64,000 nucleotides of DNA from Candidatus Acidiferrales bacterium (GTDB taxonomy: Bacteria > Acidobacteriota > Terriglobia > Acidiferrales > UBA7541). The stretch lies in contig JASHSV010000239.1 of the NCBI GenBank assembly GCA_030038535.1, positions 1,543 to 65,542 of the forward strand. The letters are read 5' to 3'. Both the position numbers and the translations under genes were made by a program. Of this stretch, positions 1-9,617 are shown piece after piece. Each line of letters begins with the position of its first letter. Position 1 is the stretch's first letter. The notes below the pieces were generated by a model, which was given only the letters and a program-made list of their open reading frames with translations, did not search any database and was not told the DNA's origin.

Positions 1-113
1 AGCGGCAGTTTCAGACCGCGCTCGATTGGGGCCGGTACGCCGAGATTTTTGAATACGATCCCGCAACCGACCGGATAACGCTGCACGACGCGGCGCTGGC
101 CGGCGCAGCATGA
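1..113 (+). CDS. 3' end of an upstream gene; C-terminal extension of an ABC-transporter ATP-binding protein (partial)
   Basis: Frame 3 reads RQFQTALDWGRYAEIFEYDPATDRITLHDAALAGAA then TGA at 111-113. The WGRYAE..F.YD pattern resembles the C-terminal AAA-associated domain of NitT/TauT-type ABC ATPases. A matching permease starts 38 nt downstream. Confidence 0.45.
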   Translation, partial: RQFQTALDWGRYAEIFEYDPATDRITLHDAALAGAA

Positions 114-150
114 GAGCGGCGCCGCGCGAAGCGGCTCGCGCAGAGAGCGT

Positions 151-1890
151 ATGGCCACGCTGACCACGGGCCAACCCACCGGGCGCTTCCAGTTCTACCG
201 CGGGCGCACCTCGCTGGCGATCGACGTGGTGGTATTTGCCGGCGTGCTTGCGGCGCTCTATGGACTCTTTGGCGTGGGGCGCGTGTGGCTGGCCCCGTTC
301 CAACCCTCTGCCGAAATTTCCCGGAGTCCACGGTCGCTGCCGCTCTACGCCATGTACTCGCTGGGGCGCATGGGGATCGCGTACCTGGCCAGCCTGATTT
401 TCGCGCTTGTCTATGCCTACTTGGCGGCGCGGAACCGCACAATCGAGCGGCTGCTGATCCCTCTCCTCGATATCCTGCAATCCATTCCGGTGCTGAGTTT
501 CCTGCCCGGCGTGATGCTGGCGATGGTCGCGCTCTTTCCCGGCCGCCAGATTGGACTCGAACTGGGATCCATTCTCCTAATCTTCACCGGGCAGGTGTGG
601 AACATGGCGTTCAGCTTTTACGCGTCGCTGAAAAGCCTTCCGCAGGAGCTGGTGGAGGCGACGCGCACGTACCGCTATGGTCGCTGGCAGCGCTTCTACC
701 AGCTCGAGTTGCCGTTCGGCGCCATCGGGCTGGTGTGGAACTCGCTGATGTCCGTGGCGGGGGGTTGGTTTTTCCTGATGGCGTGCGAAATGTTCCAGCT
801 CGGCAACCGCGACTTCCGCCTTCCGGGGCTGGGCTCCTATTTGCAGAGCGCGGCGAATCACGGCGACACGGGCGCGATCCTATGGGGACTCGCCGCCATG
901 ATTCTGGTGATTCTGCTGCTGGACCTGGTGCTGTGGCGTCCGTTGATCGCCTGGGCGGAAAAATTCAAATTTGAACAGGTGGAAAGCGCGGAGACGCCGC
1001 ACTCCATCGTACTGGCCGGCCTGGGCCGCTCGACGATTCTTGCCTGGCTCAGGCGGAAGGCGATTGCGCCGGCGTGGGAAGCGCTTACGTTGCGTGTGGC
1101 CAGGCACGAGGCTGCCGAACCACCGGAAGTGCCGCCGGGACAGTGGCGCGCGCTGGCGGCCCGGGCCGCGGGGGTCGCAGCCCTTGTCTTTATTTTGTAT
1201 GGTGCGATGCGCGCAGGCCACTCGCTGATGGAACTGACCACGAGCGACCTCGTGGCACTCTTCCGCGGGGCCATGGCCACTCTCGGGCGAGTACTGTTGG
1301 CTCTGGCGATCGGCACGCTGTGGACTGTGCCGGTTGGTGTTGCCGTCGGCTCGCGGCCGCGCATAGCGGCGCTGGCGCAGCCGGTGGCTCAAGTAGCCGC
1401 CTCGGTGCCGGCCACCGCGCTGTTTCCTATCGTGCTGCTTCTGCTGATCCGGTTCGGAGGAGGGATGGGAATCGCGGCTATCCTTCTGATGCTGCTCGGC
1501 ACCCAGTGGTATCTGCTGTTCAACATCATCGCCGGAGCGCAGGCCCTGCCCACGGATTTGAAGGAAGCCGCCGCTGTGTACCGCTTCTCGGGATGGGACC
1601 GCTGGCGGCTTCTGATTCTTCCGGGGATTTTTCCGTATCTGGTGACCGGGCTGGTGACGGCAGCCGGCGGGGCGTGGAACGCGAGCATCATCGCCGAGTA
1701 TTTCCATTTTCAGGGACGGGTGATGGCCACGACGGGATTGGGCGCGACAATCAGCCACGCGACCGATTCCGGCAATTTTCAGCTTCTTCTGGCCAGCACG
1801 GTGGTGATGGCGATGGTGGTCGTGACGATAAACCGGCTGCTGTGGAAGCGGATGTACCGGCTCGCGCACACGCGCTTCCAGTTGGGGTAG
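151..1890 (+). CDS. ABC transporter permease, fused two-module (NitT/TauT-like) inner-membrane protein
   Basis: 579-aa ORF that is hydrophobic throughout. It has two repeated permease modules (LLDILQSIPVLSFLP... and VAQVAASVPATALFPIVLLLL...). It follows the ATPase fragment. Confidence 0.8.
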   Translation: MATLTTGQPTGRFQFYRGRTSLAIDVVVFAGVLAALYGLFGVGRVWLAPFQPSAEISRSPRSLPLYAMYSLGRMGIAYLASLIFALVYAYLAARNRTIERLLIPLLDILQSIPVLSFLPGVMLAMVALFPGRQIGLELGSILLIFTGQVWNMAFSFYASLKSLPQELVEATRTYRYGRWQRFYQLELPFGAIGLVWNSLMSVAGGWFFLMACEMFQLGNRDFRLPGLGSYLQSAANHGDTGAILWGLAAMILVILLLDLVLWRPLIAWAEKFKFEQVESAETPHSIVLAGLGRSTILAWLRRKAIAPAWEALTLRVARHEAAEPPEVPPGQWRALAARAAGVAALVFILYGAMRAGHSLMELTTSDLVALFRGAMATLGRVLLALAIGTLWTVPVGVAVGSRPRIAALAQPVAQVAASVPATALFPIVLLLLIRFGGGMGIAAILLMLLGTQWYLLFNIIAGAQALPTDLKEAAAVYRFSGWDRWRLLILPGIFPYLVTGLVTAAGGAWNASIIAEYFHFQGRVMATTGLGATISHATDSGNFQLLLASTVVMAMVVVTINRLLWKRMYRLAHTRFQLG

Positions 1891-1989
1891 CCGGGTACAG
1901 ACGGCGAAGTAGCGCGGATCGTCCGCCCCGCGGCTTTGCTTGCGCCACAACTCGGCAGCCATCCAGAGAGCTGGCTTCCCGCCCGCTGG

Positions 1990-2286
1990 CTACCCCGAAA
2001 AGCCTTCGACGAAGCGAACGTCGCGTTCCGCGGCGCCCGCGAGCGCTTTGAGCGCGGCCTGATACGCGGGACTGTTGTAGGTGGCGATGGCTTTCTGCAC
2101 GCTTTCAAATTCAATGACCACGGTCCGGTCACTGATTCCCTTTTCGACTACCTGCGCCGGCGTGCCGCGCACGAGAAAACGGCCGCCGCCGGATCCGATA
2201 GCCGGCCCGGCCAGCCGCGCATATTCCATCAACGCTTCGGGTTTTGAAACTGAGCGGTAGAGCGTGATCCAGTAGCCTTTGGCCAT
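1990..2286 (-). CDS. DUF1330 domain protein
   Basis: The inner ATG at 2286 gives 98 aa (MAKGYWITLYRSVSKPEALMEYARLAGPAI...VRFVEGF), typical of DUF1330. The upstream part of the 234-aa track ORF is Arg/Gly-rich and not protein-like. Confidence 0.8.
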   Translation of the reverse strand: MAKGYWITLYRSVSKPEALMEYARLAGPAIGSGGGRFLVRGTPAQVVEKGISDRTVVIEFESVQKAIATYNSPAYQAALKALAGAAERDVRFVEGFSG

Positions 2287-2363
2287 GCGTGCCTCCTCGA
2301 AGGCGGAATCATAACAGGTGCGGAAACCGCCGCAGCACGGCCGCGAGCGAAAGCTGCGGGGGG

Positions 2364-3053
2364 TCAGGAATGCGGCGGAGCCGCGAAGGCGGCCTGGACG
2401 GATTTCTGAATGGCCGTCTCGAGCCGGTCTACGTGCTTGAGAAAATCGCCACCCAGAAACTTCTCCGAGAAGAACAACAGCTCGCCGGTCTGGGCGCGAA
2501 TCACTCCGAAATGGATCAGCAGCCCCTCTCCGCCTCCGCCCATGACGCCGACGGCCTTCTCGCCCCGTGAGGTCAGCGTCCCATCCGCGGTCACCACCAC
2601 CAGGACGTCCACATCCATCTTTCTGGTAACCGTCAGCTCCTCTACCAAGCGGAAGTTTTCGAACAGGTCGTTGCGGTGACCAGGCCTGCGCCAAGCCTCG
2701 ACGAGCTCGCGGAAGCGCAGCTGAACCGCCCGGAGCGCATCTTGCCGCTCCACCGTAGTCTCGCCCTCCCCGAGACAGAGCGGATATTCGCTGACGATCA
2801 CTTTGCGCTGCTCGAACACATCGTCCATCTCTCCGCAGATGGTTCTTCGGAGGTGGTCAGCGGTCCCGCTGGTCTCCGTGCCGGTGGTAACGGTCCATTT
2901 CTCCACGTGCACATCGGGAGGTACGAGGAGCACGCGAGTGGCGCCGCCCAGAGCGTCCTCCTCTTTGGCGCGCCAGGGCAGCTTCTGCGCCGATGCAGCG
3001 GAGAGCACGGCCATCAGGGCGCTCAAGAAGGACAAGAGGCGCAGTTTTGTCAT
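2364..3053 (-). CDS. secreted hypothetical protein (signal peptide)
   Basis: The ATG at 3053 gives MTKLRLLSFLSALMAVLSAASA-QK, a signal peptide. The protein is 229 aa with no recognisable catalytic motif. It is probably co-transcribed with the DUF1330 gene. Confidence 0.6.
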   Translation of the reverse strand: MTKLRLLSFLSALMAVLSAASAQKLPWRAKEEDALGGATRVLLVPPDVHVEKWTVTTGTETSGTADHLRRTICGEMDDVFEQRKVIVSEYPLCLGEGETTVERQDALRAVQLRFRELVEAWRRPGHRNDLFENFRLVEELTVTRKMDVDVLVVVTADGTLTSRGEKAVGVMGGGGEGLLIHFGVIRAQTGELLFFSEKFLGGDFLKHVDRLETAIQKSVQAAFAAPPHS

Positions 3054-3222
3054 CGGGTGGCAGCCCTGCCGGGCAGTCATCTTATACCCTCCCGCCCGCA
3101 GTCGTGTCGAGTGCCCGGGGGAATGCCGTCCCGGATGTCGAGTTGTATATAATGTGGCACGAAGCCGGGGGTGGGTTCGTCTTCTCCTTCCTACTCGCCG
3201 CCGGGAACGCAGGAGTCTGACC

Positions 3223-4590
3223 ATGGATCCCGTCAAACCGCATCCAAGGGTGGAAGAGGCTGCCTCGTCCCTCGTCACGGGGGGTGCCGAGGCAACCGGC
3301 GCGCGCCGCGACACGCTTTCGATCACCGACAATCGCACGGGCAAACAATACGAGCTGCCCATCGAGCACGGCGCCATCCGCGCGAACGACCTGCGGCAGA
3401 TCCGCTACGGCCCCGATGATTTCGGATTAATGTCCTACGACCCCGCGTACACGAACACGGCCGCCTGCGCGAGCCGCATCACGTACATCGACGGCGACAA
3501 AGGCATCCTGGAATACCGCGGCTATCCGATCGAGGAGCTAGCCGAACGCAGCACGTATCTGGAAACGGCCTACCTGATCCTGCACGGCGAGCTGCCCACT
3601 CGGGCGCAGCTCGAGGAGTGGATCTGGCACATCACGCACCACACCTTCATCCACGAAAGCATCAAGAAATTCCTCGACGGCTTCCATTACGACGCGCACC
3701 CCATGGGCATGCTGGTCTCCACTGTGGCCGCGCTCTCGACCTTCTATCCCGACGCCAAAGACATATTCAACGCGCAATCCCGGCGGAAGCAGACCTACCG
3801 GCTGATCGGGAAGATGCCCACGCTGGCGGCCTTCGCCTACCGGCACAGCCTCGGCCTGCCCTACGCCTACCCGGACAACGACCTGAGCTACACGGGGAAT
3901 TTCCTGAGCATGCTGTTCAAAACCACGGAAGCGAAGTTCACGCCCAACCCCACGCTGGAGCGGGCGCTCGACCTGCTGTTCATCCTGCATGCGGACCACG
4001 AACAGAACTGCTCCACCAGCGCGATGCGGGGCGTGGGCAGCTCGCATGTGGACCCCTACTGCGCCACGGCCGCGGCCACCGCCGCGCTCTACGGGCCGCT
4101 CCATGGCGGCGCCAACGAAGCGGTCGTGCGGATGCTCACGGAGATCGGCTCGGTCTCTAAAGTTCCCGCCTTCATCAAAGGCATCGAGAAGGGCGAATCG
4201 AAGCTCATGGGATTCGGCCATCGCGTATACAAGAACTACGATCCGCGCGCCAAAATCATCAAACAGGCCGCCTACCAGGTGTTCGATGTGCTGGGCCGCA
4301 ATCCCCTGCTCGACGTCGCGCTCGAAATCGAACGGATCGCGCTTTCCGACGAGTACTTCATCAAACGCAAGCTCTACCCCAACGTGGATTTCTACTCCGG
4401 CCTGATTTATCAGGCGCTGAGCTTTCCTTCCGCCATGTTTCCGGTACTGTTCGCCATTCCGCGTACCGCAGGCTGGCTGGCCCACTGGCAGGAAATGCTG
4501 GACGACCAGGAGCAGAAGATCGCGCGTCCGCGCCAGCTATTCCTGGGGCCCGCGCGCCGGGGCTACGTGCCGATCGAGCAGCGGGGCTGA
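3223..4590 (+). CDS. gltA: citrate synthase (type II)
   Basis: AGGAG sits 8 nt upstream of the ATG at 3223. The protein is 455 aa with the citrate synthase signature GFGHRVYKNYDPRA and the HADHEQN motif. Confidence 0.95.
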   Translation: MDPVKPHPRVEEAASSLVTGGAEATGARRDTLSITDNRTGKQYELPIEHGAIRANDLRQIRYGPDDFGLMSYDPAYTNTAACASRITYIDGDKGILEYRGYPIEELAERSTYLETAYLILHGELPTRAQLEEWIWHITHHTFIHESIKKFLDGFHYDAHPMGMLVSTVAALSTFYPDAKDIFNAQSRRKQTYRLIGKMPTLAAFAYRHSLGLPYAYPDNDLSYTGNFLSMLFKTTEAKFTPNPTLERALDLLFILHADHEQNCSTSAMRGVGSSHVDPYCATAAATAALYGPLHGGANEAVVRMLTEIGSVSKVPAFIKGIEKGESKLMGFGHRVYKNYDPRAKIIKQAAYQVFDVLGRNPLLDVALEIERIALSDEYFIKRKLYPNVDFYSGLIYQALSFPSAMFPVLFAIPRTAGWLAHWQEMLDDQEQKIARPRQLFLGPARRGYVPIEQRG

Positions 4591-4663
4591 GTAGCCGGTG
4601 CGCAGCCAGATCCAGCCTTGCGCCGCTCCCGCGAGCAAAGTCGTTGCAAAGCCAGCGAATCTC

Positions 4664-4679
4664 TGGCACAAACGTCGCT
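4664..4679 (+). promoter_or_regulatory. candidate sigma-54 (-24/-12) promoter upstream of the kinase-STAS-mlaEF operon
   Basis: TGGCAC-AAACG-TCGCT has correct GG-N10-GC spacing. The -24 box is perfect and the -12 box has one mismatch (TCGC vs TTGC). It lies about 60 nt upstream of the ATG at 4741. Confidence 0.4.
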
Positions 4680-4740
4680 TTTGGGGAATTGCGCGCCCTG
4701 CCGTCGGGGCGCGCGGGCTCCCGGAGCGTGACTCGTTCTG

Positions 4741-5166
4741 ATGGACTACGCCGTAAAGCTCAGCTTTCCGAGCGACCCGCGATACCTCGGCGTGGTTCGC
4801 GGGGCCGTTGAGCGCTTCGCGGCGCTGACGGGGTTTGACGAAGAGGATTGCCGATGGATTACGCTGGCAGTCCACGAGGCGCTCACAAACGTGATCCGTC
4901 ATGCTTATCACAACCAGCACGACCAGCCCGTAGAGCTGCGCTTGCGCGAGCGCGACGAGGGCATGGAAGTGGTGATGGTGGACCACGGTACCGGCGTGAA
5001 GCAGGAAGAGATGTGCGGGCGCGAGCTCGACGACGTGCGCCCGGGCGGCCTGGGACTCCACATGATCCGCGAAATCATGAGCGAAACGCAGTACCTGCCC
5101 CTCGAGGGACGGAATGAATTGCACCTGTTCAAGAAGAGGGGCTCCAAGACTTCCGTAGGAGAGTGA
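4741..5166 (+). CDS. anti-sigma regulatory factor / STAS-protein serine kinase (RsbW/SpoIIAB-like, HATPase_c_2)
   Basis: 141 aa. It has an N-box (HEALTNVIRHAY), a G1 box (VDHGTG) and a G2 box (GGLGLHMIRE). Confidence 0.85.
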   Translation: MDYAVKLSFPSDPRYLGVVRGAVERFAALTGFDEEDCRWITLAVHEALTNVIRHAYHNQHDQPVELRLRERDEGMEVVMVDHGTGVKQEEMCGRELDDVRPGGLGLHMIREIMSETQYLPLEGRNELHLFKKRGSKTSVGE

Positions 5167-5169
5167 TCG

Positions 5170-5505
5170 ATGAACATCGTCACGCGGCAGCAGGGGAACA
5201 GCACCCTGGTGGACGTGCAGGGAGACATTGACCTCTATAATTCGCCCGAGGTGCGCAAAATCATCCTCGAGGAACTGAAAGAAAAAAAAGTGGCGCGCCT
5301 GATCGTAAACCTGACGGGTGTGCGCTACATCGACAGCTCGGGCGTGGCCTCACTGGTCGAGGGGTTGAAGGTTTCGCGGAGCATGTCCAGCCGTTTTATG
5401 CTGTACGGACTCAGCCCGGCGGCGCGTGAGGTGCTCGAGCTTTCGCGCCTCATCCGCGTTTTCGAAGTTTACGGCACCGAACAGGAAGCGCTGCAGGCGA
5501 AATAG
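5170..5505 (+). CDS. STAS-domain anti-sigma-factor antagonist (SpoIIAA/RsbV-like)
   Basis: 111 aa starting 4 nt after the kinase stop. It contains RYIDSSGVASLVEG, with the phosphorylatable Ser directly after the Asp as in SpoIIAA Ser58. Confidence 0.9.
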   Translation: MNIVTRQQGNSTLVDVQGDIDLYNSPEVRKIILEELKEKKVARLIVNLTGVRYIDSSGVASLVEGLKVSRSMSSRFMLYGLSPAAREVLELSRLIRVFEVYGTEQEALQAK

Positions 5506-5535
5506 GACGGAATCCGGCGCGCGGACAGGGAACAA

Positions 5536-6330
5536 ATGGCATTCTTCGACAGCATCGGGCGCAACGCGATTGGCGGCCTCGCTTACGTGGGGGGACTGGC
5601 GCGGCTGAGCGGGCGCGCTGCCTACTACACACTCATCGGCCCGTTCCGCGGCAAGGCGCTGCGCTGGAGCCGCGCCTTCCACCAAGCAATGGCCGTGGGA
5701 GTGGAAGCCCTGCCCATCCTTTCAACGATCACTTTTTTTGTAGGGTTGATTCTGGCGCTCCAGGGCGCTTACGAGCTGCGCAAATTCGGCGCGCTCCAGT
5801 ATGTGGCCGGCGGCGTGGCCGTTTCCATGACGCGCGAGCTGGGGCCGCTGATGACGGCTATCGTAGTGATCGGGCGCTCCGGGTCGGCCTTCGCCGCCGA
5901 AATCGGCACCATGAAGGTGACGGAAGAGATCGACGCGCTGACCACCATGGCGCTCAATCCCATACAGTTCCTGGTGACTCCGAAGTTTCTGGCCATGATC
6001 GTGATGCTTCCCTGCCTCACCACCTGGGCGGACTTTATGGGGGTGATGGGCGGCGCGGTGTTCGGAGTCACCGGTGCCAGCTTCACCTTCGGCGGTTACG
6101 TTCAGGCCACCCTGGATGCGCTGCTCAAACGCGACATCATTACCGGGCTGATCAAAGCGGTGATGTTTGGCGCAGTGATCACTGCCGTGGGATGCTACGA
6201 AGGGTTTGAGACCGGCGGGGGCGCGGAGGAGGTAGGGCGTTCGACCACCTCGGCCGTGGTTATGTCCATCTTCATGGTGATCATTGTGGACCTGATTTTC
6301 ACTTCTCTCTTCTATCTGTTGGGACGATGA
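5536..6330 (+). CDS. mlaE: MlaE-family ABC transporter permease
   Basis: 264 aa with typical MlaE sequence (RELGPLMTAIVVIGRSGSAFAAEIGTMKVTEEIDAL). Confidence 0.9.
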   Translation: MAFFDSIGRNAIGGLAYVGGLARLSGRAAYYTLIGPFRGKALRWSRAFHQAMAVGVEALPILSTITFFVGLILALQGAYELRKFGALQYVAGGVAVSMTRELGPLMTAIVVIGRSGSAFAAEIGTMKVTEEIDALTTMALNPIQFLVTPKFLAMIVMLPCLTTWADFMGVMGGAVFGVTGASFTFGGYVQATLDALLKRDIITGLIKAVMFGAVITAVGCYEGFETGGGAEEVGRSTTSAVVMSIFMVIIVDLIFTSLFYLLGR

Positions 6331-7145
6331 GCACGCCTGACACTGAGAAAACGCTTTCGGTGCGCGACCTGCGCGTGCGCTACGGCGAGCGCGAAATCCT
6401 GCACGGCATCAGCTTCGACGTGCCCCGGGGCGAGACGCTCGTAATCCTGGGAGGCTCCGGCTCGGGCAAGAGCACCCTGCTTCGTACGCTGGTGGGCCTG
6501 CAGCCGGCCACTTCCGGCGAGGTGTGGATTCGCGGCCAGGACATCGCCAAGCTGAGTGAAGAGGATCTGGACGAAACGCGGAAGAAGATCGGCCTCTCGT
6601 TCCAGGGCGGGGCCTTGTTCGGTTCGATGACCGTGGGCGAAAACGTGTGCCTGCCGCTGCGCGAGCACACCCAACTCGAAGAGAGCACCATTCAGATCAT
6701 CATGCGGCTGAAGCTGGAGCAAGTTGGCCTGGCCGGATTTGAGAACTATATGCCCTCGCAATTGAGCGGCGGGATGAAGAAGCGCGCGGCCGTGGCGCGG
6801 GCCATGGCCATGGACCCGGAAATCCTGTTCTTCGACGAGCCCTCCGCCGGCCTCGATCCCATCATCGCCGCGGGAATCGACAACCTGATTCTGAAGCTCA
6901 AGAAGGCGTTCCGCATGACCATCATCGTGGTCACCCACGAACTGGCCAGCGCCTTCCTGATTGCCGACAGCATGCTGCTGATCAACAAGGGCGACATCGT
7001 GGCCCATGGCTCCAGAGAAGAGATGGAGAAGAGCACGCACCCGCGCGTGCGGCAGTTCCTGGACCGCGTGCCAGAACCGGAAGTTGCCGAAGAGATGGAT
7101 TACCTTCAGATGCTCACCGGCGAGGCACCGCCCAGGGCGCTCTGA
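6327..7145 (+). CDS. mlaF: MlaF-like ABC transporter ATP-binding protein
   Basis: It overlaps mlaE by ATGA. It has Walker A (GGSGSGKST), the ABC signature (LSGGMKKR) and Walker B (ILFFDEP). Confidence 0.9.
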   Translation: MSTPDTEKTLSVRDLRVRYGEREILHGISFDVPRGETLVILGGSGSGKSTLLRTLVGLQPATSGEVWIRGQDIAKLSEEDLDETRKKIGLSFQGGALFGSMTVGENVCLPLREHTQLEESTIQIIMRLKLEQVGLAGFENYMPSQLSGGMKKRAAVARAMAMDPEILFFDEPSAGLDPIIAAGIDNLILKLKKAFRMTIIVVTHELASAFLIADSMLLINKGDIVAHGSREEMEKSTHPRVRQFLDRVPEPEVAEEMDYLQMLTGEAPPRAL

Positions 7146-7280
7146 CCCGCCGCAGTTCCCCTGCGTTTTCCTTTCCGGGACACCCCTGCTCGCCACTCTC
7201 AAGTCGTGCTCGATCCGGCCGATATCACAGAAGGAACGGCTGGGTGTCCCTGCTGAGGCGAGTCCACCCGGCGGCAAACT

Positions 7281-9164
7281 ATGAAGAATTATCTGAAAGA
7301 CAACGTTTCCTGGGGAATTGGCCTCTCGGTGCTTTTGGTAGCGGGGGCGGCCGGGCTGTCGTTCCACGACCTCTCGGAGTTCGCCGAGAACTCCACTTGG
7401 GTGACCCACACGCACGTGGTGATCGAACGGCTCGAGACGCTGCGCAGCGAGGTTCTCAAGGTGGAGAACGCGCGGCGGGGCTACGTGCTCACCGGTGACG
7501 AGGAATTTCTGGCGCGCGCGTCGTCCGGGCGCGACGAAATCCAGAAAACTCTGGGCGCGCTGCGCACGCTGACAGCGGACAACGCCGCCCAGCAGAAGGA
7601 ATTGGACGAATTGCAGCCGCTCGTTCAATCGCGGCTCGAGCTCATCGATCGTTCCATGGCCATTCACCGCACGGCGCAGGCGGATGACGCGCGACAAACC
7701 GCACTGACGATGCCGGGCGCTGAGCTGACCACCCGGATCCTCGCAGCCCTCGACGAAATGGGCAGCCGCGAGCAGGCCCTGTTGCGGGAGCGGAGCGAGC
7801 AAGTCGACCGGAGCGCGCGGCGGTCGCGCATCGCACTGGCCCTCGTCATGGTCGTGACGATTGCGCTGATTCTGGCCGCGTTCGCTTTACTGCGCAAACA
7901 GGTGGGCGAACGTACGCGCGCGGAAGAGGAGGTGCGCGCACTCGCGGAGAATCTGGAACAGCGGGTGGCACAGCGGACCTCCGAACTCGAAGCGCAAGCG
8001 AAAAGGCAGAGGGAACAGGCCGCTCTGCTGGATCTGGCACACGACAGCATCTTTGTCCGCGACATGAACAGCGCGGTCCAGTTCTGGAATCGGGGCGCGG
8101 AGGAGACCTACGGCTGGAGCAAGGAGGAAGCGCTGGGAAAGGTGACGCACTCCCTGCTGCGGACCCAGTTCCCGGAGCCGCTGCCTAAAATCGAGGCCGA
8201 CATTCTGGAGCACGGACGCTGGGAGGGTGAACTCGTCCATACACGGTGCGACGGCTCTCAAATCGTGGTGGACAGCCGGTGGGCGCTGCAGCGCGGCGAG
8301 GATGGGGCACCGACCGGAGTGCTCGAACTCAACCGCGAAATCACGGAACGCAAACGGGCGGAAGAAGAAATCCGGACGCTAAACCGGTCGCTGGAGCACC
8401 GCGTGGCGGAGCGGACCTCCGCGCTGGCGGAAACGATCAAGGAGCTTGAGGCGTTCACCTCTTCGGTCGCGCACGATCTGCGCGCCCCGTTGCGGCACGT
8501 GGACGGCTTCAGCCGGATTCTGGAGGAGGAATACGGCCCGCTACTCGGCACGGAAGGCCAGAAACTGGTCGACCGCGTGCGTCGCGCCACGCAGCATATG
8601 GGCGAGTTGGTGGACGACCTGCTAAACCTCTCGCGCCTCTCGCGCCGCGAACTTTCGCCGGTGATGACGGACCTGAACATCCTGGCCGGGGAGGTGATCG
8701 AGGATTTGAAAGCGGCATGCGAAAGACGGCGTGTGGAGTTTCGAGCCGGCTCGCTTCCCTTTGCGGTGTGCGACCCCGGCCTGATGCGCCAGGTATTCGT
8801 CAATCTGCTGGCCAACGCGGTCAAATTCACTCGCCCGCGCGATCCGGCGATCATCGAAATCGGCCAAGCGGACTGCAACGGCAGCCGCGCCATCTTCGTG
8901 CGCGACAACGGCGTGGGCTTCAGCATGAAGTACGCCGACAAACTGTTTGGAGTGTTCCAGCGCCTGCATCGCCCCGAGGATTTCGAGGGCACCGGTGTGG
9001 GACTGGTGACCGTGCAGCGCATCGTCCAGAAGCACAATGGCCGCATTTGGGCCGAGGCGGAAGTGGACCGCGGCGCGGCATTCTATTTCACTCTGGAAGG
9101 CCTGGAGGACCGGAGAACCTCTGAATCTTCCCGGCCGGCAGGAGGGGTCCATGCACGGGGCTGA
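7281..9164 (+). CDS. sensor histidine kinase with CHASE3 periplasmic domain, PAS, HisKA and HATPase
   Basis: The N-terminus has a TM helix, a CHASE3-like region ([38 protein letters not shown]) and a second TM. The H-box is [12 protein letters not shown] and the G-boxes are DNGVGF and GTGVGL. Confidence 0.85.
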   Translation: MKNYLKDNVSWGIGLSVLLVAGAAGLSFHDLSEFAENSTWVTHTHVVIERLETLRSEVLKVENARRGYVLTGDEEFLARASSGRDEIQKTLGALRTLTADNAAQQKELDELQPLVQSRLELIDRSMAIHRTAQADDARQTALTMPGAELTTRILAALDEMGSREQALLRERSEQVDRSARRSRIALALVMVVTIALILAAFALLRKQVGERTRAEEEVRALAENLEQRVAQRTSELEAQAKRQREQAALLDLAHDSIFVRDMNSAVQFWNRGAEETYGWSKEEALGKVTHSLLRTQFPEPLPKIEADILEHGRWEGELVHTRCDGSQIVVDSRWALQRGEDGAPTGVLELNREITERKRAEEEIRTLNRSLEHRVAERTSALAETIKELEAFTSSVAHDLRAPLRHVDGFSRILEEEYGPLLGTEGQKLVDRVRRATQHMGELVDDLLNLSRLSRRELSPVMTDLNILAGEVIEDLKAACERRRVEFRAGSLPFAVCDPGLMRQVFVNLLANAVKFTRPRDPAIIEIGQADCNGSRAIFVRDNGVGFSMKYADKLFGVFQRLHRPEDFEGTGVGLVTVQRIVQKHNGRIWAEAEVDRGAAFYFTLEGLEDRRTSESSRPAGGVHARG

Positions 9165-9612
9165 CGTCGATATTCTGCTCGTGGAAGACAGTCCGGAGGA
9201 TGCGGAGCTGACGCTGCACAGCCTGCGGCGAAACAATCTGGCCAACCGCATCCACTGGGCGCGGGACGGAGAAGAGGGCCTGGACTTTTTGTTCTGCCGC
9301 GGTCCCTATTCGAACCGCTCCTTTCAGAATCCCCCCAAAGTGGTTCTCCTAGACTTGAAGCTGCCCAAAGTGGACGGGCTCGAGGTCTTGCGGCAGATGA
9401 AGGAAGACCCGCGGACAAGACCCATTCCGGTAGTCGTGCTCACATCCTCGCGCGAGGAGGCGGACGTCGTGCGCGGCTACCGCAACGGCGCCAACAGTTA
9501 CGTGCAGAAGCCGGTGGATTTCGACCAGTTCCGCGAAGCTGTTCGCCAGCTCGGCCTCTACTGGATGGTCACCAACGAAGCGCCGCCGGAAACCACATAT
9601 TCGCGCGGGTAG
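9151..9612 (+). CDS. single-domain response regulator (receiver only)
   Basis: GGAGG sits upstream of the ATG at 9151, and the gene overlaps the HK stop by 14 nt. It has receiver motifs [28 protein letters not shown] and YVQKP. Confidence 0.85.
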   Translation: MHGADVDILLVEDSPEDAELTLHSLRRNNLANRIHWARDGEEGLDFLFCRGPYSNRSFQNPPKVVLLDLKLPKVDGLEVLRQMKEDPRTRPIPVVVLTSSREEADVVRGYRNGANSYVQKPVDFDQFREAVRQLGLYWMVTNEAPPETTYSRG

Positions 9613-9617
9613 AACCG

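Noticed and set aside
7151-7176. Hairpin CGCAG-TTCCC-CTGCG followed by TTTTCCTTTCC after mlaF, considered as a possible terminator.
   Set aside because: The stem is only 5 bp and the T-tract is interrupted. That is too weak to call, so I mention it only as a possible partial terminator in the Mla finding context.
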